Position numbers and translations under genes: made by a program
NCBI GenBank assembly: GCA_965248755.1
Contig: OZ252149.1
Location: 4,384,001 to 4,448,000, forward strand
Direction: 5' to 3'
DNA from: Candidatus Latescibacterota bacterium
GTDB taxonomy: Bacteria; Latescibacterota; CBDEFO01
Length of the DNA: 64,000 bases
Part shown: positions 54,063 to 62,396 of the stretch, in pieces
Numbering within the stretch: the first letter of the stretch is position 1
How the letters are laid out: every line of letters starts with the position of its first letter
Notes under the pieces: generated by a model
Seen by the model: the letters and a program-made list of their open reading frames with translations, nothing else
Database searches by the model: none
What the model was told of the DNA's origin: nothing

Positions 54063-54132
54063 AAACGATTTACTTTCTCAACACCTAATGTGCTCCCAGA
54101 GACGAGTAGACAGCATAACGGCAGCGGACAGT

Positions 54133-54336
54133 GAGATTGCTTCGGGGGATTTCATTCCTCTATCAATGCCTAAGTCAGAACCGAGGAATGACACAAGGCA
54201 AGAGCAGCCAGGGATTGAAGATCTCAGAAGCAACGTCATTGCGAGCTAAGCGAAGCAATCTCAAAATTGGAGATGGTGATTTCCCTATCTATTCCCGATT
54301 GAAACCCCAATAGTCCCCGATTGATTCTATCGGGGA
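54133..54336. repeat. REP/BIME-like repeat, locus 5, plus a separate hairpin copy
   Basis: GAGATTGCTTCG ... GTCATTGCGAGCTAAGCGAAGCAATCTC (54235-54262); TCCCCGATTGATTCTATCGGGGA at 54314-54336. Confidence 0.85.
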
Positions 54337-54383
54337 TGGCGTTCAGGGAAACTGTTTACTGGAGAAGGAAGAGGAGGGGTATT

Positions 54384-55139
54384 ATGCGGTTTGTCGACCA
54401 GGTAGCCGTAGTTACAGGAGGCGGCAGTGGAATAGGGAGGGCTATCGCCTCTGTATTGTCGGAAGAAGGGGCGTCCATAGTGATTATGGACGTGGATAAA
54501 GGTGCAACAGACGAGACAGTGCGGGAACTGGGAAAAAATGATGTCATAACTTTGGGCCTGGAATGCGATGTCTCCGACGTAAGACAGGTACAAAAGGCTT
54601 TTCACTCTGCGATAGATCAGTTTGGAAGGATCGACATTCTGGTCAACAACGCAGGTATTCAGTTCAACTGCCCGACTGTAGAGCTTTCCCCGGAAGATTG
54701 GAAGCGGGTCTTGGGCGTGGATTTAGACGGTGTTTTCTTCTGCAGTCAGGCAGCGGGACGGTATATGATCGATCAGAAAGGCGGCTGTATCGTGAACATC
54801 TCCTCGGTAGCCGGACCTTTTGCCTTCCCAAGGAGAGCGCCCTATTGCGTAAGCAAATCCGGGGTGATAGCCCTAACCAAGGTGTTAGCTGCAGAATGGG
54901 CGGAATATAACATCCGTGCCAACGCCGTGGCTCCCGGATATGTGGAAGCGGGAATATTGCTCAAGTTTGCCGAACTGGGACAGGTAGATCTAAACGAGCT
55001 CCGGCAAAAGAATCTGATGAAGCGTCTGGCAGATCCTTTTGAGGTAGCCCGGACCGTGGCCTTTCTAGCGTCTTCCGATGCAAGCCACATCACGGGCGAG
55101 ACACTCTTTGTGGATGGGGGATACAGCGTGATGAAGTGA
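54384..55139 (+). CDS. SDR family oxidoreductase
   Basis: TGGGSGIG, NNAG, YCVSK, VDGG; RBS GAGGAGG before ATG 54384. Confidence 0.93.
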   Translation: MRFVDQVAVVTGGGSGIGRAIASVLSEEGASIVIMDVDKGATDETVRELGKNDVITLGLECDVSDVRQVQKAFHSAIDQFGRIDILVNNAGIQFNCPTVELSPEDWKRVLGVDLDGVFFCSQAAGRYMIDQKGGCIVNISSVAGPFAFPRRAPYCVSKSGVIALTKVLAAEWAEYNIRANAVAPGYVEAGILLKFAELGQVDLNELRQKNLMKRLADPFEVARTVAFLASSDASHITGETLFVDGGYSVMK

Positions 55140-55153
55140 TAAAGGCATATGTA

Positions 55154-55975
55154 TCACAACATCGCAATAAGCCCTGCCGATCCTACAGCCCAGCAGTAGT
55201 ACGAGAATCTCTCAATTGTCCCTCTTCTTACAATTTCTAAAATGACCCTGATGGCTGCGTAGCCTGAGATGTACGCCGCCGCTGTCGCTGTGATAAGGGG
55301 GATAACAGAGGTATAGGATGCTTGCAAGGCGATCAGGTCGTTTATCTGGAACACTGTTACGCCGAGTATCGCAGGGATGGCCAGGAGAAATGAGAATCGA
55401 ACGGCTTGTTCCTTGTGGACGCCTCTCAGAAGGGCTGTGCCAATAGTGAAGCCCGACCTGGAAATGCCAGGTAGGATAGCGAAGGCCTGCGCGATTCCTA
55501 TAAGGACTGTGTCTTTTGCGTTCTGATCTCTTGCATGGTTAGGACTGTAGCGGGTGCACCAAAGGAATGTCCCTGTAACTATGAGCATGATAGGTACCAG
55601 CTGAGGGATGGAAAATAGGTATTCTATATGACTTTTGAAAAAAATGCCAGCTATCGCTATAGGAACCGTGGCAAGGAGTATGAACAGAATAGTATTGAGG
55701 TTTGGATCTTCGTTCAACAACAAGCGGAAGTTTCGACCTTGGAGGACGTTCCCTATCGCTCTGAGAGCGGAGGATATGAGACTTTTTAAGTCCTTCCGGA
55801 AGGCTGTGAATACGGCCAGAAGGGTCCCGAAGTGGGTTATAACTTCAAAGGAGATTCCAGGGGGATCGACATCTAATACGTATTGCAAAAGGACCAGGTG
55901 ACCGCTGCTGCTTACAGGTAGGAACTCGGTTAGGCCCTGCACCAGACCCAGCAGGAGAGCTTGGGGTAGGGTCAT
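55154..55975 (-). CDS. uppP: Undecaprenyl-diphosphate phosphatase (BacA)
   Basis: QGLTEFLPVSSSGH, PGISRSG, FSFLL. Confidence 0.96.
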   Translation of the reverse strand: MTLPQALLLGLVQGLTEFLPVSSSGHLVLLQYVLDVDPPGISFEVITHFGTLLAVFTAFRKDLKSLISSALRAIGNVLQGRNFRLLLNEDPNLNTILFILLATVPIAIAGIFFKSHIEYLFSIPQLVPIMLIVTGTFLWCTRYSPNHARDQNAKDTVLIGIAQAFAILPGISRSGFTIGTALLRGVHKEQAVRFSFLLAIPAILGVTVFQINDLIALQASYTSVIPLITATAAAYISGYAAIRVILEIVRRGTIERFSYYCWAVGSAGLIAML

Positions 55976-55981
55976 GTTCCT

Positions 55982-57583
55982 TCAAAGCTCCATCGGTTTT
56001 AGCATACAGCCCTCTGTAAATATCTCAAAGAAGTCTGCCTCCTGTTCCAGTTCGATATGTTCTACCTTCTGGACTTCTGTCTCGAGGAACTGCCTCCTTT
56101 GTTTTGAAAGCAGTATTTCTTTGGCCCCTTCCAGAGCTGCGTTCCCGACCTTTACTATCTTTTCTTTGGGAAACGGCGGGATAAGGCCGATGGCGATGGC
56201 GTTTTCAGCCGTCATATAGTTTGCAAAGCCCCCGGCAAAGTAGAATTTCTGGATTTTATCTAAACTTATTCCGGATTTCCTCAAAAGTATCTGCTGTCCC
56301 GAGTAGTTGGCGGCTTTGGCCTGCGCAAGTTCGCTCAAGTCCTTTCTGGAGAGCGTGATCTTTGTACCCTCTGCGACCGTGTATTTGTCTATGCCGTCAG
56401 TGAACCTTGTGAGGTGATCGAGTCTGCCCTTTCTCAGAAGTTCCGCCATAAGGTCTATAAGACCTGAGCCGCATATCCCTCTGGGCTCTATGCCTCCTAT
56501 TGTACTACATCTCAGTGTACCGTTATCGAAGGATGCGGACTCAATTGCTCCCTCCAGTCCGGGCATTCCGTAGGCGATTCCTCCTCCCTCAAAGGCGGGT
56601 CCTGCAGGACAGGAGGCTGCCAGCATGCGGTCTCTGTTTCCAAGCAGGACTTCTGTGTTCGTGCCTATATCTACGAGCATATTCGGCTCGTCGGATTCGA
56701 GCATTCCTGTGGACACAAGACAGCCTGCGGCGTCGGCTCCCACGTGGCATCCGACTAAAGGAGCGCCGTAGACATTCCCTTTGCGGTTTATTCTGACGCC
56801 CGTTTTGAACGCCCTTGCGCTTAAGGCCGTGGTGGATCTTTTACCCTGTTCCATCTCTATTTCAGTGACGGATTTGTAGGGCTTCTCTCCGATAGACTTT
56901 ACACTTATTCTGAAGAATATATCTCTCATCGTGGCATTTCCGACCGCGACCATTTCGTATATCTGGTTCCTCCTGCAGGGAAAGTCTCTTATTTCGTTGT
57001 TTATATATGCCAGCAGGACTTTGTTGAGTTCTCCGTTTTGATGTTCGTTTTCATACTGGATTCTGTGCATTATGTCGCTGCCGCCGAACATCTGTGGATT
57101 TTCAAAGGAGGCCTTGGCTACTTCCTCTCCTGTCTGCAGGTCCATAAGACTCATCACTATTGTAGTTGTGCCGATGTCTGCTGCGATACCGTAGATTTTG
57201 CCTCTATATTGATCTATCTCCTCATCTTTGTAGAGAACTACCGCGCCTCTTCTTGTAACCACAGGGTCAAGTTCTATCTTCTTGGGCTCTCCGAACGTAA
57301 GTATTTTGGGGCGTCTTACGAGTGTAAGTACCTGTATATCTTTTGTGGAATCTGCTATTTTAGCCTGACAGGAGAGCCTGAAGTTCTCTTCGAGAAACTG
57401 TTCCTGTTCGGTTTTGGGTGTGAGGGCGCCGATCCCCTCCTTGATTTCGACTATGCATTCGTGACAGCTTCCGACTCTACCGCAGGAAGTGGGTACTTTT
57501 ATGTCGAGATCGTCCGCAAAATCAAATATGGTTGCTTCTTTCCGGAGTTTTGTCTCTTTATAATTTATGGAGATTGTCCCCAT
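55982..57583 (-). CDS. ASKHA ATPase with N-terminal [2Fe-2S]; RACo-type reductive activator of corrinoid proteins
   Basis: CGRVGSCHEC...LSCQ, DIGTTT, DIGTNTE, AGPAFEG, GICGSG, GNAALEGA. Confidence 0.9.
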   Translation of the reverse strand: MGTISINYKETKLRKEATIFDFADDLDIKVPTSCGRVGSCHECIVEIKEGIGALTPKTEQEQFLEENFRLSCQAKIADSTKDIQVLTLVRRPKILTFGEPKKIELDPVVTRRGAVVLYKDEEIDQYRGKIYGIAADIGTTTIVMSLMDLQTGEEVAKASFENPQMFGGSDIMHRIQYENEHQNGELNKVLLAYINNEIRDFPCRRNQIYEMVAVGNATMRDIFFRISVKSIGEKPYKSVTEIEMEQGKRSTTALSARAFKTGVRINRKGNVYGAPLVGCHVGADAAGCLVSTGMLESDEPNMLVDIGTNTEVLLGNRDRMLAASCPAGPAFEGGGIAYGMPGLEGAIESASFDNGTLRCSTIGGIEPRGICGSGLIDLMAELLRKGRLDHLTRFTDGIDKYTVAEGTKITLSRKDLSELAQAKAANYSGQQILLRKSGISLDKIQKFYFAGGFANYMTAENAIAIGLIPPFPKEKIVKVGNAALEGAKEILLSKQRRQFLETEVQKVEHIELEQEADFFEIFTEGCMLKPMEL

Positions 57584-57743
57584 TGTGGATTATGCCCTTA
57601 ATCTTGATTTGTGAAAATAGCTTGACAATCCTCGTCATATTTCTTTAAGATCTGGAGAGGAAATAGCGGACAGATCCAACAGTGCTTAACATTCATCGAA
57701 TAGGAGGGGCATGAAGGAGAGCATAGAGGGGGCAAGTGAGCAA

Positions 57744-58334
57744 CTAAAAGAATTCTTTCAGGTGGCGCTCTTTACGTTTTGGACTTTCTTTTCCCTCTTT
57801 TTCTATCATATCCTGGTTGATGCCATTTTCATCCATTATCCTTCGGGCTACGTATATAGGGGCTGATACCCTGACAGCCAACGCTATCGCGTCACTGGGG
57901 CGGGCATCTACTTCCAGGGTGGAATCGTTGGTCTTCAGGCTAATAGTGGCATAATAAGTATTGTTTCTAAGGTCATCTACATATATGTAGAGAACTTCCA
58001 CACCAAGGGTCCTGAGTACTGACTTCAAAAGATCGTGAGTCATAGGTCTGATCATCTTTTTTTTATGTGTCTCGCGAAGGATAGCCTCAGATTCACAGGT
58101 GCCTATGGTGATAGGGAGGAACCTTTCTTCGTCCTTGTCGCTCAGGAGAACGACAGGCAAACCGAGGACTTTGTCGGCGGCGACGGTATATATCTTAGCC
58201 TCAACAGACGAACGGGGAACATTGGAGGGCAATTTTCTCTCGGACGCAAAGATGTCACGGCTTCTGTTGTCGGAGCAGCCTAAAAGAGCTGCAAGAGCAA
58301 CAGCTAGTAGCAGAAATAGTCTGGGTTTAACCAT
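57744..58334 (-). CDS. Bifunctional nuclease family (DUF151) protein with lipoprotein signal
   Basis: LPITIG, RPMTHDL, DARPSDAIALA; N-terminal LLGC lipobox. Confidence 0.88.
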   Translation of the reverse strand: MVKPRLFLLLAVALAALLGCSDNRSRDIFASERKLPSNVPRSSVEAKIYTVAADKVLGLPVVLLSDKDEERFLPITIGTCESEAILRETHKKKMIRPMTHDLLKSVLRTLGVEVLYIYVDDLRNNTYYATISLKTNDSTLEVDARPSDAIALAVRVSAPIYVARRIMDENGINQDMIEKEGKESPKRKERHLKEFF

Positions 58335-58418
58335 GGTGTCTCTCCTCTCTACATTGAAGATTTAGGTTCAACTTATGAAGCTGACGACTGCTCCATGCAG
58401 ACAGGCATTGCATGTGAA

Positions 58419-58447
58419 AGTATAGGGTATATTGCATGAGAAGTCAA
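58419..58447 (-). promoter_or_regulatory. Putative sigma70 promoter of the DUF151 gene
   Basis: TTGACT-17 bp-TATACT on the minus strand. Confidence 0.6.
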
Positions 58448-58502
58448 GGTCTTTTTTGACGCTTTCGGAAAGGTTGCTTTTAGAAGATTATGAGAAAGCT
58501 TT

Positions 58503-58654
58503 TGAGTTTGGTTCTCCTTTGCAACTCCTTCACAGGGTTGAGATTTGGCACGTATGAATGGCTCTGCTTGGCCTCGGACTCAATTCGCTGTCAGTCCCCG
58601 ATTGAATCTATCGGGGAAGCCCAGAGCCACACGAAGGGTCAGCCAAGCAATCTC
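58503..58654. repeat. REP/BIME-like repeat, locus 6 (sister of locus 4)
   Basis: Hairpin 58595-58617 followed by AGCCCA..AGC...CGAAGGGTCAGC.AAG.AATCTC as at 49351-49410; upstream GCAACTCCT block also shared. Confidence 0.8.
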
Positions 58655-58775
58655 AATTATCAAGCAGCACGCAGGAGTTTACATTTTGGAGCACCGTAGT
58701 GATTGTCACATATCAATCAAATCTTCGTAACCAAATTATGGCGAAGATCAAGAAAGCCTCGGATGAGGATATGGA

Positions 58776-59330
58776 GGTGTCGAGCCTGTGAGATTGACCG
58801 GATAGTTTGTTGAGGGATACACTCTGGATTGCAACAAAAGAATAGTTGGGGGAAGACAGCTAAAAAAAGAGATAGTGGATCTTGTATTCATGAGCAAATA
58901 CAGATTTGAGAGGAGTCCGGCAGCGGATATAGCTGATAGGATAAATATCTTTTCGACAAAACCAGACAATTTGCAGGCGTAGACGTAATAACAAACGCGC
59001 CTTCGGCGTTGAAGGGCAGGCCCTTTGATCTTATGCTCGTCATCGGAACGGAATGGGAAAAGAGGCGAGAAATTACGCAGGATGAAAAGCTCATAACAAA
59101 GGCGAGAAAAAACTATCTTCAGAAGATCATCATGATAGGTCGGTACCAAAAAGATGGTAACGTTAAAGGATCCTTTGCGATAAAAGATGCAGGCAACATC
59201 AAAGGAATGAAGGTTCTGCTTGTGGACGATCTTTACGATTTCTGTTCGACGGCGAACGAGTGTACAGCGGTACTGAAGAAGCAGAGGCGCCTGGGGACAA
59301 TGCGTTGTGTTTAACCGAGACGATTCTTTT
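58776..59330 (+). pseudogene. ComF-family phosphoribosyltransferase pseudogene
   Basis: VRLTG*FVEGYTLD...KYR, frameshifts, then NVKGSF...VLLVDDLYD..STANE; directly upstream of dprA; boundaries approximate. Confidence 0.7.
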
Positions 59331-59371
59331 TATACTCACCAAATAGTAGATGGTAAAGAAAGTGTATTGGA

Positions 59372-60259
59372 TTGGATGATCTCGAGTACATAGTGACGTT
59401 AGGACAGGTGGAGGGAATTGGGCCCAGGATATTCAGGCGGTTAGTGAGAGAATTTGGGACGGCGCGCAAGGTCCTGTCAGCTTCGCCAAATGATATCAGA
59501 GACATTCGCGGAATCGGAAATAAGAGGGCACAACTGATCCGTAAGGCATCGGGGAATGTGGGGCAGACAGGAAATAATATAGCGGCGATAAAGAACAGAG
59601 GAATAGATGTGATCACCTTTTCGGATGCATCCTATCCGAGGAACCTGCTGACTTTGAGGGAAGACGCTCCAATCTTTCTGTACGTGAAAGGTACTTTAAA
59701 AGTCGAAGACGAAAAGTGCGTAGCGATTGTGGGGACCCATAAAGCCACTCAAAGGGGAATGAAAGATGCTCTAAAATTAGCGCGCATCCTGGCAGAGGAG
59801 GGTGTAACTATCGCCAGCGGTCTGGCTTTGGGAATAGATACTGAGGCTCACAGAGGCGCACTGGACAAAGGCAGGACGATTGGAGTGCTGGGTTCAGGCT
59901 TAGATAAAATCTATCCTAAAGAAAATAAACAATTAGCTGATACGATCACTAAGGTGGGAGCACTGATTTCAGAGTACGAGCCAAGCACAGGCGTAAGTGT
60001 GGGACGGTTGATGTCAAGGAACAGGGTCGTCGTAGGCATTTCAAAGGCGTTGATAGTGGTCGAAGCTCTTATTAACAGTGCAGGCACAATGGAGGCCCTG
60101 GAACGTGCCAAACAGCAGAGGAAGACAGTTTATGCCTTAAAGCCAACGGGATTATCTGAAACTGCAGGTGGGTTTGAGGAGTTAATAAAGGTTGGAGCTA
60201 TTGCACTTGAGAGGGCCAACCTCTTAGAGGTGGTACTGCAGAGCGTAAAGGGACAATAA
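59372..60259 (+). CDS. dprA: DNA-processing protein DprA
   Basis: YPRNL, AIVGT, SGLALGIDTEAH, IYPKEN, LISEY, RNR, IVVEA. Confidence 0.93.
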   Translation: MDDLEYIVTLGQVEGIGPRIFRRLVREFGTARKVLSASPNDIRDIRGIGNKRAQLIRKASGNVGQTGNNIAAIKNRGIDVITFSDASYPRNLLTLREDAPIFLYVKGTLKVEDEKCVAIVGTHKATQRGMKDALKLARILAEEGVTIASGLALGIDTEAHRGALDKGRTIGVLGSGLDKIYPKENKQLADTITKVGALISEYEPSTGVSVGRLMSRNRVVVGISKALIVVEALINSAGTMEALERAKQQRKTVYALKPTGLSETAGGFEELIKVGAIALERANLLEVVLQSVKGQ

Positions 60260-60370
60260 AGAAACTTACCGTGTCCTCAAAGAGGTGGCCCATTTTAGAC
60301 ATCAGGTAACTTCTCTATTTACCTCGAACTTATATTAGACAAGTCATCTTATACTAATGTGCTTTTTCAC

Positions 60371-60399
60371 TTGACAAATCAGGTATTTGTGTGTATAAT
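60371..60399 (+). promoter_or_regulatory. Consensus sigma70 promoter of the diguanylate cyclase gene
   Basis: TTGACA-17 bp-TATAAT. Confidence 0.8.
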
Positions 60400-60459
60400 A
60401 AAAGGGTTATATAATTTGGACATTCTATAAGGAATATACTGCAAACGCGGAGGATCGTC

Positions 60460-61479
60460 TTGACTGCTGATCTCATAGAAGCGACCGATATTGAGATAAA
60501 CCTTCTGATCGTGGATGATGAAGCGCCTTTGAGGAAACATCTGAAGAAACTCCTGACCATGAAGAACTTGCAGGAGGAGTTAGGCAGGGCGATCTATATA
60601 GATGAGGCCCCGGACGCCGATACGGCGGATGCTTTGATCGAGAGGCACTACGATATTGTTCTTATAGATATGAGCATGCCAAATAGTAAGGGAGATCCGG
60701 ACAAAGAAGTAGGGATCAAACTCCTACAGAGGATAAAGGAGAGGAGCCCGAAATCTGAAGTGATAGCCATAACGGGCTACGGGACGGACGAAAGGGCCAT
60801 CGCTGCTATCGAGATGGGAGCTTTTTATTTTTTGAATAAGCCCTTCCCGAATGAGCTCTTGATTGCCCTGATTAAGCGGATCATCAATATGAAACATACT
60901 GAGAGATTAGCTCAGATAGACGGTTTGACAAATCTTTACAACAAGGCGTTCTTCAACACTATCTTAGAAAATGAAGTAAATAAATTCCCTAAGAAGGGGG
61001 AACCTAAAAGGAGGCTGGTCTCAGCCCTTTCTATCGCTATTGTGGATATAGACAACTTCAAACGGATCAACGATACCTACGGGCACATAGAAGGGGACAG
61101 GACACTGAAGGCGGTGGCGAATGCCTTAAGGAGTTCCTCAAGACGGACGGATATAGTGGCGCGATGGGGAGGGGAAGAGTTTACGGTAATACTCCCAGGA
61201 GCGACAACTGCACCGGCTTTGAATCAAGCTGAAAGGATACGAAAAGCTGTAGGTAATGTGTCAGTTCCGCGCGAGGATGGCAATGGGGAAATCCGCGTTA
61301 CCGCTCGTGTAGGGGTGGCGACCTATCCATCTTTTTTTGAAGATGTGGAGGAATTACTCAAAAGGGCGGATGAGGCGAGCTATTTTGCAAGACAAAATGG
61401 GGGGAATACGACATGTGGGTACGATAGCGAAGGGAAGATCAGGAAGTTTTCGGAATTAGTAGAAAAAGTCGAAGCTTAG
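60460..61479 (+). CDS. Response regulator (REC) - diguanylate cyclase
   Basis: IVDDE, VLIDMSMP, FLNKP; DGLT, DIDNFK, RRTD I-site (RxxD), RWGGEEF. Confidence 0.93.
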   Translation: MTADLIEATDIEINLLIVDDEAPLRKHLKKLLTMKNLQEELGRAIYIDEAPDADTADALIERHYDIVLIDMSMPNSKGDPDKEVGIKLLQRIKERSPKSEVIAITGYGTDERAIAAIEMGAFYFLNKPFPNELLIALIKRIINMKHTERLAQIDGLTNLYNKAFFNTILENEVNKFPKKGEPKRRLVSALSIAIVDIDNFKRINDTYGHIEGDRTLKAVANALRSSSRRTDIVARWGGEEFTVILPGATTAPALNQAERIRKAVGNVSVPREDGNGEIRVTARVGVATYPSFFEDVEELLKRADEASYFARQNGGNTTCGYDSEGKIRKFSELVEKVEA

Positions 61480-61594
61480 AGGTTGGAGAGGATAAGGTTG
61501 CAAAGAAGCCACAAAAACGACCGAACTGTAATGTATTCTGCTTTAGCGTGCGTATTAAGTGATGATTCAGGATAGCCTCCTTTAAGGTGTAGAT

Positions 61595-62392
61595 TTGTAT
61601 AAAGAATATTGAGGTCTAAAGGAATTTCCGTTCGAGAACGTTCCAGATCCGCGCTTCTTCTGGTCTTCCCCTGAGCACGAAGAAGCTCTGGTAAGACTAT
61701 TCTACACTATAAGCAACCGCAAGGGCGCGGCTATGCTCACCGGGGAGATCGGGTCGGGGAAGACGCTCCTGAGCAGAACTCTGGTCAAAGCTTTGGGGAA
61801 AGATAAATATGAGATAGGATTGATAGCTAATCCGACCCTCTCTCCGATTGATTTTTTGAAGGAGATACTATATCAACTGGGGGTCAAACCTAAAGCTGAC
61901 GATAAATTAGAACTCCTGCACGCTTTGAGCGATTCAGCTGTAAATAATATAAGGATAGGAAAGAATACTGTTGTCATTGTGGATGAGGCTCAATCTATAA
62001 AGGACGATGATATTCTGGAGGAACTGCGACTGCTTTTGAATTTTCAGTTGAACAACCAATTCCTTTTGACTCTTGTGCTTATAGGTCAGCCTGAGTTTAG
62101 AGAAAGAGTCGCCAAGATAAAACAGCTTGAACAGAGAATAGCTATCAAATACCACCTGAACAACCTGAATCTGGAAAACACCAAAAACTATATCAATTTC
62201 CGTTTGAAGAAGGCAGGGGCGCAAAGAAAGATATTTACGGATGCGAGTACCGAGGCGCTGTACCGATATTCTTTAGGGCTTCCCAGAGAAATAAATAATC
62301 TTTGCGATATGTCGCTCCTTTTTGGATTTAGCGACAAAGTTCAAGAAATAGACCTCGATATTGTAGGGAAAGTCGCAGATACGAGGAAGTGA
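61595..62392 (+). pseudogene. ExeA/MshM-like AAA ATPase with a nonsense codon at position 6 (intact ATPase ORF from 61733)
   Basis: TTG start gives MYKEY*GLKEFPFENVPDPRFF...HEEAL in frame with GEIGSGKT, IVDEAQ, LIGQPE, PREIN; TGA at 61610-61612. Confidence 0.8.
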
Positions 62393-62396
62393 GATT

